Source: Octopus sinensis
Taxonomy: Eukaryota
Direction of reading: 5' to 3'
NCBI RefSeq assembly: GCF_006345805.1
Contig: NC_043022.1
Span: forward strand, 2,852,001-2,916,000
Length of the DNA stretch: 64,000 nt
Part shown: positions 1-12,467 of the stretch, one piece after another
Layout: the number at the start of each line of letters is the position of its first letter
How positions within the stretch are numbered: the first letter of the stretch is position 1
Position numbers and translations under genes: made by a program
The notes under the pieces: generated by a model
The model's database searches: none
What the model was told of the DNA's origin: nothing
The model's input: the letters and a program-made list of their open reading frames with translations, nothing else

Positions 1-124
1 CCGTAGAAACACTGCCAGATCAGACTGGGCCTGGTGCAGCCTTCCAGCTTCACAGACCCCTGTTGAACCGTCCAACCCATGCTAGCATGGAAAACGGACG
101 CTAAATGATGATGATGATGATGAT
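1..124 (+). mobile_element. 3' end of an RTE-tailed SINE-like element with (GAT)n tail
   Basis: CCGTAGAAACACTGCCAGATCAGAC...CCAACCCATGCTAGCATGGAAAACGGACGCTAAAT(GAT)n; the same terminus recurs at 2.9-3.06, 25.5, 38.9, 43.6 and 45.8 kb. Confidence 0.7.
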
Positions 125-385
125 GGTTCCAGGTTCAGTCCCACTGCATGGCATCTTGGGCAAGTGTCTTTCTGCTACAGCCTCAGGCTGACCAAAGCCC
201 TGTGATTGAATTTAGTAGAAGAAGACTGAATGAAGCCCATCATATATCTATATTTTTGTGTGTGTGTCTTTGATTCTCTTTTTTGTTTCTCCCCCCACCT
301 CCACAACCGTTTGACAACCAGTGTTGGTGTGTTTACATCCCCATAACTTATCAGATGTTGATAGAATAAGTATCAGGCTCTGAAA
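125..385 (+). mobile_element. tRNA-derived SINE family A, 5'-truncated copy
   Basis: B-box-like GGTTCCAGGTTCAGTCCC then CTTGGGCAAGTG and the family body. Confidence 0.7.
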
Positions 386-394
386 ATATAAACA

Positions 395-790
395 TAGGAG
401 TGGCTGTGTGGTAAGAAGCTTGCTTTCCAACCACATGGTTCCAGGTTCAGTCCCACTGCATGGCACCTTGGGCAAGTGTCTTCTGCTATAGCTTCGGGCT
501 GACCAAAGCCTTGTGAGTGGATTTGGTAGATGGAAACTGAAAGAAGCCTGTCATATATGTATATAAGTATATATTTGTGTGTGTCTGTGTTTGTCCCCAC
601 TCCATTGTTTGACAACTGATGTCGATGTGTTTACGTCCCTGTAACTTAGCAGTTTGGCAAAAGAAACCGACAGAATAAGTGTTAGGCTTACAAAGAATAA
701 GTCCTGGGGTCGATTCATTGACTAAAAAGGCAGTGTTCCAGCATGGCTGCAGCCAAATGACTGAAACAAGAAAAAGAATAAGTACTAGAG
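395..790 (+). mobile_element. tRNA-derived SINE family A, near full length
   Basis: Head GGAGTGGCTGTGTGGTAAG (A-box-like), GGTTCCAGGTTCAGTCCC (B-box-like), CORE-like CTTGGGCAAGT, internal TA/TG tract, tail ...CAGCATGGCTGCAGCCAAATGACTGAAACAAG; about 20 copies in the window. Confidence 0.8.
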
Positions 791-1360
791 GGCCAATTCA
801 CTTGACAAAAATTCTTCAAAGTGGTGCCCCAGCATGGCCACAGTCTAAAGACTGAAACAAATAAAAGACATGATTCCGGTTTATGCAAGCATGGAAAAAT
901 GGAGACTAAACAATGATTACAACTTTTCATTTGGACAGCAAACCATTCCTTTATTCAAGAGAGAATGTTGGTTAGAGAAAGAGAATACTGTATTAGATTA
1001 ACCCTAGGATATTACTGGTTATATTAATGTTATTCACCTACATATTGACACCAAGAATGGATGAAAAGCAAAGCCAAGCCCTGCAGAAATTGAACCCAGA
1101 ACCGAATGAGATGTAGCTAAATGCTAATTCTATTATAGACATACCTTCAACTCTATTTCCCATATAATAATAATAATAATAATCATAATCATAATCATAA
1201 ATGCCCTGATGCAGTACCAGGCAGTGGCTCTCATGGCTTCTCATCTTAACTGATTGGAAGTGTTATCATGTACATTGTTTTGTCTTGGTACAAAAGATGG
1301 GCTACAGCAAATATTCTGCTCAATACCACAGATTTGCTTGTCAATTGTTTGACCATAACC

Positions 1361-1450
1361 AGTTGACCCTAGTGGCTGTTGACCTTAGTAGCTGTTGACC
1401 TTAGTGGCAGTTGACCTTAGTTGACTTTAGTTGACCCTTAGTGGCTGACG
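1361..1450. repeat. ~16-bp minisatellite (GTTGACCTTAGTGGCT-like) inside a probable LINE 3' tail (1166-1495, minus)
   Basis: Five to six GTTGACC(C/T)TAGT units; an adjacent (TAA)/(TCATAA) tract at 1166-1200 looks like a retroelement tail. Confidence 0.55.
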
Positions 1451-1579
1451 ATATGTGCATCTCTGACCACAAGCAGAAATAGTGGGGGAGCATCATTGCC
1501 ATGTGTTAAAAGGGATTCTTTGGGGTTTGAATACTCGTACCCTAGTGTCACTTTGAAGGCATGCATTGCTCTCTCACTC

Positions 1580-1740
1580 AATAATAATAATGGTTTCAAA
1601 TTTTGCCACAAGGGCAGCAGTTTTGGGGGAGGGACTGAATTGATTACATTGACCCCAGTGTGTAACTGGTACTTATTTAATCGACCCCCAAATGGATAAC
1701 AGGCAAAGTCAATCTCAGTGGAATTTGAACTCAGAATGTA
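1580..1740 (-). mobile_element. SINE family B fragment
   Basis: GACCCCAGTGTGTAACTGGTACTTATTTAATCGACCCC...GGCAAAGTC...GAATTTGAACTCAGAA, shared with copies at 6.5-6.9, 15.1, 21.6, 37.2, 39.7 and 43.8-44.5 kb. Confidence 0.65.
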
Positions 1741-2536
1741 ATCTGAATCGCTGTGAATCGAACTCTTGAACTTGCGACTGTGAGCCGAATGCCCTGACCA
1801 CTAAGCCATGCAACTTCACAGACCAGAAAGATCCAAAACTAAACACCACAAGGTATTTAATCCAAAGCACTAATGATTCCAGCAGTAATTATCTCTAACG
1901 ATCGTTATTAAATTATCTTGAGCCTGTGGGGTGAGAGAGGAGATTTCTTGATAATTTTCTTCTAGTCTTCTGAAAGACCCCCGCCACCATCACTACCATC
2001 CCTGCTGGGTATCCCTCTCTCCCACCATGACCTCTACCATTACCACCACCACCACCACTGGTATTCTTACTAATGAATAGTGCCGGGGGGGGGTGTCTTG
2101 TTACAATGGTACCGCTCTGTCTCTGCTCTGCGTCTTTATCTCTTTGCCATTGTGTTGTGCTGTGCCTGGTAAACGGTTCCTGTTAATTTATATTCTTAAA
2201 AAAAGCCAACTTAATTATGACAATTATTTTACTTAATTCTTCATTATTTTAAAAAATAATTGAAGCAAAGGAGGTGTCTGCTTGACTTCCACAACCAAGG
2301 CGTTGGTCAATTAGAGTTCACGGATGAAGAGAGAGAGAGAGAGACTTGCTCATCTCAGACATTTAGAAAACCACACAATTTGATAATGAATCTGCAGTTT
2401 AGATAATCTTAAGAAGGATTAAATTTCTCTTCCATTGCCAGCTTATTTCTTGATAAGCAAAGACACTTCAGAACATTTCATTTTTGTCTGTCACATGGTT
2501 TCTCAATTTCTATAGCTTACACTTCACATCACTCGA

Positions 2537-2663
<127 letters not shown>

Positions 2664-2771
2664 ACCAGTATTTTTTTTATAGTTTCTGTATATATGTTTT
2701 ATTTTGTTGTCTGGGGTGGGTCATATTATCTTAATGCCTTAAAATCTAACACACTCACTGGTTCAATTTCC

Positions 2772-2802
<31 letters not shown>

Positions 2803-2811
2803 TCTTTTTGT

Positions 2812-3058
2812 GTGCATGTTGGTGGCACATAAAAAGCACCATTTGAGTGTGGCTGATGCATAAAAAAGCACATAAAAAGCACCCACTACACCCTCGGCAT
2901 GGTTGGCGTTAGGGAGGGGATCCTGCTGTAGAAACCTTGTCAGATCAGATTGGAGCCTGGTGCAGCCTCCTGGTTCGCCAGTCCTCAGTCAAATCGTCCA
3001 ACCCATGCCAGCATGGAAAGCGGACGTTAAACAATGATGATGATGATGATGATGATGT
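2812..3058 (+). mobile_element. RTE-tailed SINE-like element
   Basis: GGTGGCACATAAAAAGCACC...GGCGTTAGGGAGGGGATCC...GGAAAGCGGACGTTAAAC(AATGATGAT)n. Confidence 0.7.
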
Positions 3059-3112
3059 GTCTTCCAAAATTTTTGTTGCTTTTGCAACCTTGTCAATGGA
3101 TAGAAAGTATTA

Positions 3113-3517
3113 TTTTATGCTTTCCCATCATTCGACTTTGGCCATACTGGAGCACCACCTTGAAGGGTTTTGGTCAAAGAAATTGACTCCTGGGATTTAT
3201 TTTTTTAAGCTTAGTATTTATTCTATTGGTCTCTTTTGCTGAACCGCTAAGTTATGGGGACATAAACACACCAACACCTGTGGTCAAGTGGTGGAGGACA
3301 AACACACACACATCATCATCATTGTTCGACCGTGGTCGAGACAATGGAATTTACCATGCTACACCAGACTTCACGGTCCATCATGGCATTACGGAGGTCC
3401 TGTTGCTGGATGCCTGGAGATTACATCAGGGTGGGAGAGTGTGCTCCCTCTGGTATCGCGAGGGGATGGCTTCCAGAGGAGAAGAGCAGAAATTGCCTCG
3501 TTTTCAGCTCTACAACA

Positions 3518-3599
<82 letters not shown>

Positions 3600-3735
3600 C
3601 CACCAAATCCACTCCCAAGGCTTTGGTTGGCCTGAGGCTATAGTAGAAGACACTTGCCCATGATGCCACGCAGTAGGACTGAACCCGGAACCATGTGGTT
3701 GGGAAGCAAGCTTCTTACCACACAGCCACACCTAT
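3113..3735 (-). mobile_element. SINE family A split at its internal microsatellite by an RTE fragment and (CA)n
   Basis: 3' half at 3113-3310, head at 3598-3735, (CA)n at 3521-3597. Confidence 0.7.
3311..3512 (-). mobile_element. RTE-clade LINE 3'-terminal fragment
   Basis: Minus-strand translation LLWKPS..RGSTLSHPDVISR / QQQDLRNAMMDREVWCSMVNSIVSTTVEQ* followed by an (ATG)n tail, resembling RTE RT C-termini. Confidence 0.55.
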
Positions 3736-3816
3736 ATGTGTGTGTGTGTGTGTATATATATGTATGTGTGTGTGTATATCTGTATATATATATATATATA
3801 TACACACACACAAACA

Positions 3817-4028
3817 CAGGGTGGCCCAGAAGTAGGTTTACAGTCATTCAATTATCTCTTTCTCATTAATATATTAACAGTTTAGATCTTAATTATAAAA
3901 AAGTAGGAAACCATTATTCTATGCTAATTTAGTTAATTGTAAGATAGGAATTTAAATGTAATGAAATGTTTTAAAAGAAATTTAAAATGCCTAATTGATA
4001 ACTGTAGACCTGCTTTTCGGCCACACTG
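3817..4028. mobile_element. Tc1/mariner-type MITE (~212 bp)
   Basis: Terminal inverted repeats CAGGGTGGCCCAGAAGTAGGTTTACAGT / ACTGTAGACCTGCTTTTCGGCCACACTG; TA at the right flank. Confidence 0.75.
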
Positions 4029-4496
4029 TATATAAATATATATTTATATATATATACACACATACACACACCTGAAAAGCATATATAAAAGAATATGCAT
4101 ATGTATACATACATATATGTGTATAGATATATATAAATAATTATATTTAAAAGAGAAAAAGAAATTTAAAAAGATTTTCTTTTCCACGTATAGACTGCAC
4201 TGTGAAGTGCTCAGGACATTCGAATTTGAGGCGTTAGATGAATATAGAAAGGAAAATCAAGTTCAGCAAATCAATTCACCTGTAATGATACCTGCATTCA
4301 ACTGTAGACCCAATAAACTCCGGGTTTACATGGAATTTTTTGTATAATATATAAATGAATAAATGGAGTTTAATACAGGTATAATTCAAATACTTTTATA
4401 TAGTGGAGTAAGCAGATAAATGTGAAACAAGGTGGAAAAATCGTACTCAAATACCAGAGGCAGAGTAATATGCTTTATTAAAAAATATCACAAAAC

Positions 4497-4590
4497 CTGT
4501 TACTCAGAGTTTCATGTTCCCGTTCGTCGGACAATTTGGGCGGAGAACCAAAACTGTCCAACAAACAGGAACGTGAAACTCTGAGTAACA
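4497..4590. ncRNA. Inverted pair of degenerate minimal hammerhead-like motifs (U4C core)
   Basis: Minus arm TGT-CCGACGA-ACG(GGAA)CAT-GAAA-CTC(T)GAG-TA-ACAG; plus arm CTGT-CCAACAA-ACA(GGAA)CGT-GAAA-CTC(T)GAG-TA-ACAA. Most core/stem differences are CpG-type decay. The core reads CCGACGA rather than canonical CUGANGA. Confidence 0.45.
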
Positions 4591-4932
4591 AGCAAATCGA
4601 CCCTGGGACTTATTCTTTGTAAACCCAGTACTTATTCTATCGGTCTCTTTTGCCGAACTGCTAAGTGACAGGGACATAAACACACCAACATCGGTTGTCA
4701 AGCAATGCTAAGGGGACAAACACAGACACACAAACATATACTCACACATACATAAATATATACATATATACGACAGGCTTCTTTCAGTTTCCGTCTACCA
4801 AATCCACTCACAAGGCATTGGTCGACCTGGGGCTATAGCAGAAGATACTTGCCCAAGATGCCACGCAGTGGGACTGAACTCGTAACTATGTGGTTCGTAA
4901 GCAAGCTACTTACCACACAGCCACTCCTGTAC
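4591..4932 (-). mobile_element. SINE family A (3'-clipped)
   Basis: Family body and head ...ACCACACAGCCACTCCTGTACC. Confidence 0.75.
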
Positions 4933-5040
4933 CTATTAATCTCGATTTTGGAACATAAATTAACCTGAAATTTAGATCCCTTTAACCCTTTTTATTACCC
5001 TGAGGAATTTAGTGAAATAACTTCACCATTATTCATACCC

Positions 5041-5450
5041 TCCATCAGACACCTACCATATTCTGAGCGCCTTGTTTCCCTGGGCATGGATTAACTGAAG
5101 CTCCGGCGTCTGGCGACGGACTTGGTAAACGCCCACAAAGTTATCAACCACCTCACCAACAACAACACTGAACACCTTTTTGATCTCCATGTGTCTAACA
5201 CACGTGGACATGCCTACAAAGTCAGAAAACAACACGGCTCCCATGACTTTCGGAAACATTTTTTCACACTCAGAGTTGCTGAAGCATGGAACAAACTGCC
5301 TGCGTCAGTTGTTGACTGCCATGACACTGCATCCTTTAAGGCCCTCATGCTTTCCGAAATCCGCCGAAACTACACCTGATTATATATACACTTTAGATGA
5401 GTTGTGGTGCACCTGAGCACTGTATACAATTATTATTATTATTATTATTA
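5041..5450 (+). mobile_element. CR1-clade LINE 3' fragment with (ATT)n tail
   Basis: Translation YSERLVSLGMD*LKLRRLATDL..KVI..LF..NTRGHAYKVRKQH..RKHFFTLRVAEAWNKLPASVV..TASFK matches the CR1 RT C-terminus; tail (ATT)n. Confidence 0.75.
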
Positions 5451-5899
5451 AACTGGTGTTTGAAACATAAATTAACCTGAAATTTCAATGGAAGGTTTTG
5501 ATTTGGACTACTTTAAAAGCAGAGATTTGTTTCGTAGACCCACTGTTAGTCACAACAGTTTTGTATGAAGACAGGTGACTTAACATTCCAACTGTTATAT
5601 TCACACACACACACACAAACAACTACTCATAAGATTAATCAATGTGTGTGTGTGTGTGTGTTTGGTTGTGACTTGGTAAAGTGATTTATAGCACCATAAA
5701 TTGGAATATTAAATCTGCGGGTCACACCCAAGCATTCCAGTTGCTCCAACGATCACCTACATGTCATAGGTTTTTGGCCCAGAAACAATCTGGTGAGGGA
5801 GCTAAACAACAGCAAAGACAAACCTGTCAACTCACCCAGGCTTTGTTTGGGTAAAGGGTGGGGCTTTTTTTTCCCTTTTCTTTTCTTTACTGTTTATAG

Positions 5900-6020
5900 C
5901 AGTGGTCTTCAACCAGGGTTCCCCGGAACCTTCGGGTTCCGCCAGTACAGTCCAGGGGTTCCGCAAGAAGTTACAAAATTGCTAAAATCGGCAGTAATTT
6001 TTAATTCTCCTGTGCAGATA
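5900..6020 (+). mobile_element. Possible hAT (Charlie-like) left end
   Basis: Begins CAGTGGTCTTCAACC; no matching right end found nearby. Confidence 0.35.
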
Positions 6021-6029
6021 TACTCTCTC

Positions 6030-6441
6030 TTTTACTCTTTTACTTGTTTCAGTCATTTGACTGCGGCCATGCTGGAGCACCGCCTTTAGTCAAGCAAATC
6101 GTACCCAGAACTTATTCTTTGTAAGCCCAGTACTTATTCTATCGGTCTCTTTTGCCGAACCGCTAAGTGACGGGGACGTAAACACACCAGCATCAGTTGT
6201 CAAGCAATGCTAGGGGGACAAACACAGACACACAAACATATACACACACATATATATATATATATACATACATATATACGACAGGCTTCTTTCAGTTTCC
6301 GTCCACCAAATCCACTCACAAGGCTTTGGTCGGCCCGGGGCTATAGTAGAAGACACTTGCCCAATGTGCCACGCAGTGGGACTGAACCCGGAACCATGTG
6401 GTTTGTAAGCAAGCTACTTACCACACAGTCACTCCTGCGCC
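6030..6441 (-). mobile_element. SINE family A, full length
   Basis: Complete head-to-tail match to the other copies. Confidence 0.85.
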
Positions 6442-6496
6442 TTGTTTAATTTATTGCAGTATTATTCTCATTAAATCCCAATCCAGCTCCCGTTTC

Positions 6497-6918
6497 TTAT
6501 TTCTTTACTACCCACAAGGGGCTAAACATAGAGGGGACAAGCAAGGACAGGCAAAGGGATTAAGTCGATTACAATGACCCCAGTGTGTAACTGGTACTTA
6601 TTTAATCGACCCCGAAAGGATGAAAGGCAAAGTCGACCTCGGCAGAATTTGAACTCAGAACATAACGGCAGACAAAATACCTATTTCTGTTTCTTTACTA
6701 CTCACAAGGGGCTAAACATAGAGGGGATGAACAAGGACAGACATAAGTATTAAGTCGATTACATCGACCCTAGTGTGTAACTGGTACTTAATTTATCAAC
6801 CCCAAAAGGACGAAAGGCAAAGTCGACCTCGGCGGAATTTGAACTCAGAACGTAACGACGGATGAAATACCCCTAAGCATTTCGTCTGGTGTGCTAGCAT
6901 TTCTGCCAGCTCCCTGCC
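6497..6918 (-). mobile_element. Two tandem SINE family B copies
   Basis: TATTTC..TTTACTAC.CACAAGGGGCTAAACATAGAGGGGA occurs twice, ~190 bp apart; the second copy ends in the head ...TTCTGCCAGCTC. Confidence 0.75.
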
Positions 6919-7213
6919 TTCCAGCTCCCATTTCTGCTGCACAAGTCTCCTAGTCTCCACTGACCTGCCATTTAGTTGGTTCCTTTGCAGCACATATGCA
7001 TCCAAGACAGACATTCCTCAGCCAGTGTCCTCTGGGTTCCGGACTCATCTACGTCGTATGAAATGCAAAGAAGAAAACTCAGTCTTTACCTGTCGAGGAA
7101 AGTATTGTCCAGTTGTTTATATTAACCAATTCTGTATGTTTCTTATCATTCAGTGTGGTTAGCCATATCTGGATTGTATGAGAGTGCTAATAAACATATC
7201 TATTCTTTTATGT

Positions 7214-7260
<47 letters not shown>

Positions 7261-7263
<3 letters not shown>

Positions 7264-7419
7264 GGAGTGGCTGTGTGGTAAGTAGCTTGCTAACCAACCA
7301 CATGGTTCCGGGTTCAGTCCCACTGCGTGGCATCTTGGGCAAGTGTCTTCTGCTATAGCCCTGGGCCGACCAATGCCTTGTGAGTGGATTTGGTAGACGG
7401 AAACTGAAAGAAGCCTGTC

Positions 7420-7453
<34 letters not shown>

Positions 7454-7660
7454 TTGTGTGTCTGTGTTTGTCTCCCCCCTAGCATTGCTTGACAACCGAT
7501 GCTGGTGTGTTTGCGTCTCCGTCACTTAGCGGTTCGGCAAAAGAGAATGATAGAATAAGTACTGGGCTTACAAAGAATAAGTCCCAGGGGCAATTTGCTT
7601 GACTAAAGGTGGTGCTCCAGCATGGCTGCAGTCAAATGACTGAAACAAGTAAAAGAGTAA
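7261..7660 (+). mobile_element. SINE family A, full length
   Basis: Head ACAGGAGTGGCTGTGTGG to tail GTAAAAGAGTAA. Confidence 0.85.
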
Positions 7661-7795
7661 TATATTTTAAAGATGGGGAAAGCCAGTTTATGGAATTACC
7701 CTGGGTCTCCCCTCCATAAAGGGTTTAGGTTTATGGCATATCATCAGACCCCAGAACCCGTTGGCCTAAGACCTCTTCAAAATGTGTGTGTGTTA

Positions 7796-7960
7796 TAATA
7801 ATAATAATAATAATAATAATTGTGTACAGTGCTCAGGTGCACTACAACTCATCTAAAGTGTATGTATAATCAGGTGTAGTTTCGGCGGATTTCGGAAAGC
7901 ATGAGGGCCTTAAAGGATGCAGTGTCATGGCAGTCAACAACTGATGCAGGCACCAGGGAC
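7796..7960 (-). mobile_element. CR1 LINE extreme 3' end with (TAA)n tail
   Basis: Reverse complement of the 5.3-5.45 kb terminus (ACAGTGCTCAGGTGCAC..AACTCATCTAAAGTG). Confidence 0.7.
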
Positions 7961-8429
7961 AACATATTTAAAATGTGTCTTACTCTACTTAAGACAGTAG
8001 GAGGTGATTTGGTTGCTGTTTCTAGCTGCTTGGTTGACTCACTCATTGTTGGTTGGGGTAATGTCCTGTTTAATGGTAATCTATATTATGTCTGTTGCTA
8101 AGAAACTGTTTTCTAGGTGGTTTGTGGTGGTGGTAGTGAAATAGTAGGGTGGGAGTGGGTGGAATGTGTAGGGTGGCAGTGGTGTTGAATGAGTAGGGGT
8201 GGTGGTGAAATGGTAGGGTGTTAGTGGTGGTGGTGGTGGCACTAGTGATAGCATTGGTGGCATAGCAGAGCAGGGGGTAGTTGGGATAGTTGTAGTGATG
8301 GAGGGTGGGTGCCACAGTAGTGTTTAGATGGTGATGATGATGAAGGCAGCGGTGGTGGGGATGGTCGTGGTGGTGATGGGGGTTGTGTGTGGTGACCTCT
8401 CAAAGGTTGTACTTTGACACCCCACCTCA

Positions 8430-9007
8430 ACTAAAAGACGTTCTGGCCTTGACCTTCCCATCTTTTTGTATACACAGGACCATATCATCCAATATTTCTT
8501 TTTTTTTAAAGATTGGGTTAAATTTGGCTGCTATTTCTAGCAAATTTTTTTAAAGATTGGATTAAATTTGGCTGCTATTTCTAGCAAATTGATCAACCAC
8601 ATAGAAGCTTCCTCCTTGGCATCGATTCCAAATTTTTCCTCAGCTGTTGCTAATTGCTGTTTAGCCCCAGGCCAACCTCGATGGAGTATACCTATGATCA
8701 GAAGCAGTCCTGCAGTGATCATCCCATCATCTTTTTAGGGCTATCTAGGACACTACCTAACATGTCCTTCCTAGTTAAAGACAAATGCATTTGATTGAGG
8801 GAGACTTGGCTGCTATTTCAAGCAAGAATAGGTCATTGGTTCTTGACCTTTTTAATATCTGGACCAGATCCAAAACTTGGATTTTTTTAGGGGCAGAGGG
8901 CACAAAAAAAAAAAAGGGAAAACATAAGTCAGATGGAGGCTTGGGCCCGCCAGAAGGAGACTTGAAGGCCACATGTGTCCATGAGAACAGTGGTTGAGAA
9001 CTGCTGG
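8430..9007 (-). mobile_element. Probable degraded hAT-type transposon remnant
   Basis: Terminal GTGGTTGAGAACTGCTG resembles a Charlie-like TIR; internal 44-bp tandem duplication at 8503-8590; no convincing transposase motif. Confidence 0.3.
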
Positions 9008-9359
9008 CATAGAGACTCTACATACACTCTTCTTCTTCTTCTTCTTGTCTCCATCTTTTTATTCTCCTCTTCCTCCCTCTCACTGTCTTCTTCATCATCT
9101 TGTCCTCTTCATCTTCATCTTATTCTCCTTCTCCTCCCTCATTATCTCCCTTATCATCCCTCCTCGACTTTTTTGACTTCATTATTTTCTTCCTCTTCTA
9201 CAGCCTCGTCATCTTCTTTTGCCCATGATATAAGAATTGTGTTTCTGCCTTCGATACTGACCAAGCCACTGCCACCATTGGTCATCCTTCTGAGACACAA
9301 GGTCAATGACTGCACTAAATCAATATCACATCAGCTGAGGTCATTGGCGTACAAACGAT

Positions 9360-10135
9360 GCACCACAACACATGGAGGCATCTAGGTGCAATACAAAAGG
9401 GCATCTAGGGGCATCACAGAGAGGGAATCTAGCTGCACCACAAGGGGATGTCGAGGTATACAACAAGGCAGGTATAAGGGGCGACACAAGGGGAATGTAA
9501 GGGCACCACTAGGGGTGTCTTTAGGTGTACCATAAGGAAGGGATCTGAAGGCACTTCAAGGATATCTAGATGCACCACTTGGAGATATAGGTGCAATGTA
9601 AGGGTGGTTCTAGGGATACCACAAGGTGATGTCTACAAGCACAAGGGTGGATCTAGGAGCACCACAAAGGGGTATCAAGGTACATCACAAGGGTGGATCT
9701 ACGAGCGCCACAAGGGTGGATCTAGGAACACCACAAAGGGGTATCAAGGTGCATCACAAGGGTGGGTCTACGAGCGCCACAAGGGTGGATCTAGGAGCAC
9801 CACAAAGGGGTATCAAGGTGCATCACAAGGGTGGGTCTAGGAGCAGTGCAAGGGTGGATCTACAAGCACCAGAAGAGTGGATCTAGGAGCACTACAAGTG
9901 GGTAGCAAGGTGCATCGCAAGGGTGGATCTAGGAGCGCCACAAGGGTGGATCTAGGAGCACTTCAAAGTAAGATCTAGGAGCACCACAAGAGTGGATTTA
10001 GAAGCACCACAAAGCGAAATTTGGGAGTACCACAAGAGGGTAACAAGGTGCACCACAAAGGTGTATCTAGGAGCAAAACAAAGGGTGTTTAGGTGTATCA
10101 CAGGGCAGTACCACAAAGAGATACTGAGATGCAGC
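9360..10135. repeat. 23-bp minisatellite (CACAAGGGTGGATCTAGGAGCAC) with 69-bp trimer core
   Basis: Monomers at 9640, 9663, 9686, 9709, 9732; a three-variant cycle repeats about 3 times over 9640-9846; degenerate flanks. Confidence 0.85.
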
Positions 10136-10224
10136 AAAGATTCTTAAAAATATAATTTAAGGTTTTAGAAAATCCATGTCTCATAGATATGGATTTTCCA
10201 AAGACTTGTACACTCATGTACAGA

Positions 10225-10648
10225 AAAACATCTTACTCTTTTACTCTTTCACTTGTTTCAGTCATTTGACTGCGGCCATGCTGGAGCACCGCCTCTAGTC
10301 GAGCAAATCGACCCCAGGACTTATTCTTTTGTAAGCCCAGTACTTATTCTATTGGTCTCTTTTGCCGAACCGCTAAGTGACGGGGACGTAAACACACCAG
10401 CATCGGTTGTCAAGCAATGCTAGGGGGACAAACACAGACACACAAACATACACACACACATACATATATATACATACATATATACGACAGGCTTCTTTCA
10501 GTTTCCGTCTACCAAATCCACTCACAAGGCATTGGTCGGCCCAGGGCTATAGCAGAAGACACTTGCTCAAGATGCCACGAAGTGGGACTGAACCCAGAAC
10601 CATGTGGTTGGTTAGCAAGCTACTTACCACACAGCCACTCCTGCGCCT
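10225..10648 (-). mobile_element. SINE family A, full length
   Basis: Complete family match. Confidence 0.85.
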
Positions 10649-11353
10649 ATAAAGGGCATCTTATTCATAATTTGTTTCTCTCTCTCTCTCTCCCCCTCTT
10701 TCTCTCTCTTTCTCTCTCTCTCTCCATGTGCCATTCCTCCAGGTGTCAGTAATCATAGCACTCCATGCCCATACATGATTTTTTTTTTGTGTTTCCTGCT
10801 GCCTTTATTTACAGTTTATTCATAATCTCTCTCTCTCTCCCTCTTTTCCTTTCTCCCTCTCTCTCCATTAGTAATCATGCGTCTCCATACCAAACTCTGA
10901 AGATTCAGGAGTTTCTTTGAGAAACAAACAGCAGAGCTTTCCTGTAGCCTTTGACTGGTTTATTTACAGTCAACCCTTCAAGTTTCCCGCTCCCCCGTGC
11001 TTACCTTTCAGACACAGAGCTTATTTAATCCTAAGATTGTCAATGCTTATCAACCATTTTCTAACTTATAAGATGCATATTAATATATCCAATTCTCTGT
11101 AGCTATTAGAAGAAAGAAGCTTGCTTTGCAACCACTTGGTTCTGGGTTCAATCCCAGTCCAGTGCCTGAGCATTTGCCTCAGATCAACCAAAGCCTTGTG
11201 AGCAGAAACTGAAAGAAGCCAGGATTGGCTGTGTGGTAAGTAGCTTGCTTACCAACCACACGGTCCCAGGTTCAATCTCACTGTGTGGCACCTTGCATGT
11301 GCGTTTTCTACTATAGCCCTGGGCCAACCAAAGCCTTGTGAGTGGATTTGGTA

Positions 11354-11969
11354 TAAGGGATTGCTGAAAAGTTCCTAGCTTTGGGGTAAAAGAAAGTACA
11401 GGATGAGGATCTGTTAATTATGATTTTATTCAACACTAGCAGTATCGCCCGGTGTTGCTCGGGTTTGTAAGGGAAATAACTATAAAGCATTTTTAGAGAT
11501 GTAAAGTATAATAGCCATCTCAATATGGCTAACCACAAAGGGGGGGTGTTACTGTAGCTTTTTACGTTCTGAGATTTAATAATACATTTTTAGAGAGTTA
11601 CTTCCCTTATATATGCCAAAAATGCATTAAAAATGGGAAAAAATGATGGTAAATTTTTTTTTAAATCGTAGACTCATTGTAGATGCACGCTAATACCCAG
11701 AATGGCTCGATATGAATCACGTCTATAAGATACCCGGTTTTGGTTAAACTGCACCGCAAAATGTGGGAGTAGTTAGGAATCTAAATCGTAGGAGACAGAC
11801 AGCACACAACCTCACTTTTATGTATAAAGATATTCTCCTCTCAGATTCACACATTTATTGCAGGGGTCCTTCAGTTTTTATAAACCTTGTAAAAGAATTT
11901 GGAAGATTGAGCCTCCAACCAGGCCTTTAGCGACACCCTTAAAGCCAGGAACTTTTCAGCAGCCCCTTG
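11354..11969. mobile_element. Mariner-type MITE (~215 bp) interrupted by a Helitron
   Basis: TIRs AAGGGATTGCTGAAAAGTTCCTAGCTTT / AAAGCCAGGAACTTTTCAGCAGCCCCTT; intact relative at 31716-31933. Confidence 0.75.
11436..11830 (-). mobile_element. Non-autonomous Helitron
   Basis: Minus strand 5'-TC...CCCG-loop-CGGG hairpin...CTAG-3', inserted between A and T with no TSD in the MITE. Confidence 0.8.
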
Positions 11970-11997
11970 TGTATATACATCTATATATGTATATATA

Positions 11998-12062
11998 GAT
12001 GGGGGTGCTGAAAATTTCCTGGCTTTGGGTAAAAGAAAATACAGGAGAATCTGTTAATTATG
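11998..12062. mobile_element. Left part of a split mariner-type MITE (right part 14734-14902)
   Basis: GGGGGTGCTGAAAATTTCCTGGCTTT...TTAATTATG; sequence resumes at TTAATTATG at 14734. Confidence 0.65.
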
Positions 12063-12083
12063 CTGTTGTGTCTGGGGAGAGTC

Positions 12084-12467
12084 ATGCTGGAGCACCGCCT
12101 TTAGTCGATTAAATCGACCCCGGGACTTATTCTTTGTAAGCCCAGTACTTATTCTATCGGTCTCTTTTGCCGAACCGCTAAGTGACGGGGACGTAAACAC
12201 ACCAGCATCGGTTGTCAAGCAATGCTAGGGGGACAAACACAGACACACAAACACACATACACACATATATATATATATATACACATATATATATACATAT
12301 ATACGACAGGCTTCTTTCAGTTTCTGTCTACCAAATCCACTCACAAGGCATTGGTCGGCCCGGGGCTATAGCAGAAGACACTTGCCCAAGATGCCACGCA
12401 GTGGGACTGAACCCAGAACCATGTGGTTGGTTAGCAAGCTACTTACCACACAGCCACTCCTGCACCT
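12084..12467 (-). mobile_element. SINE family A (3'-clipped)
   Basis: Family body and head. Confidence 0.8.
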
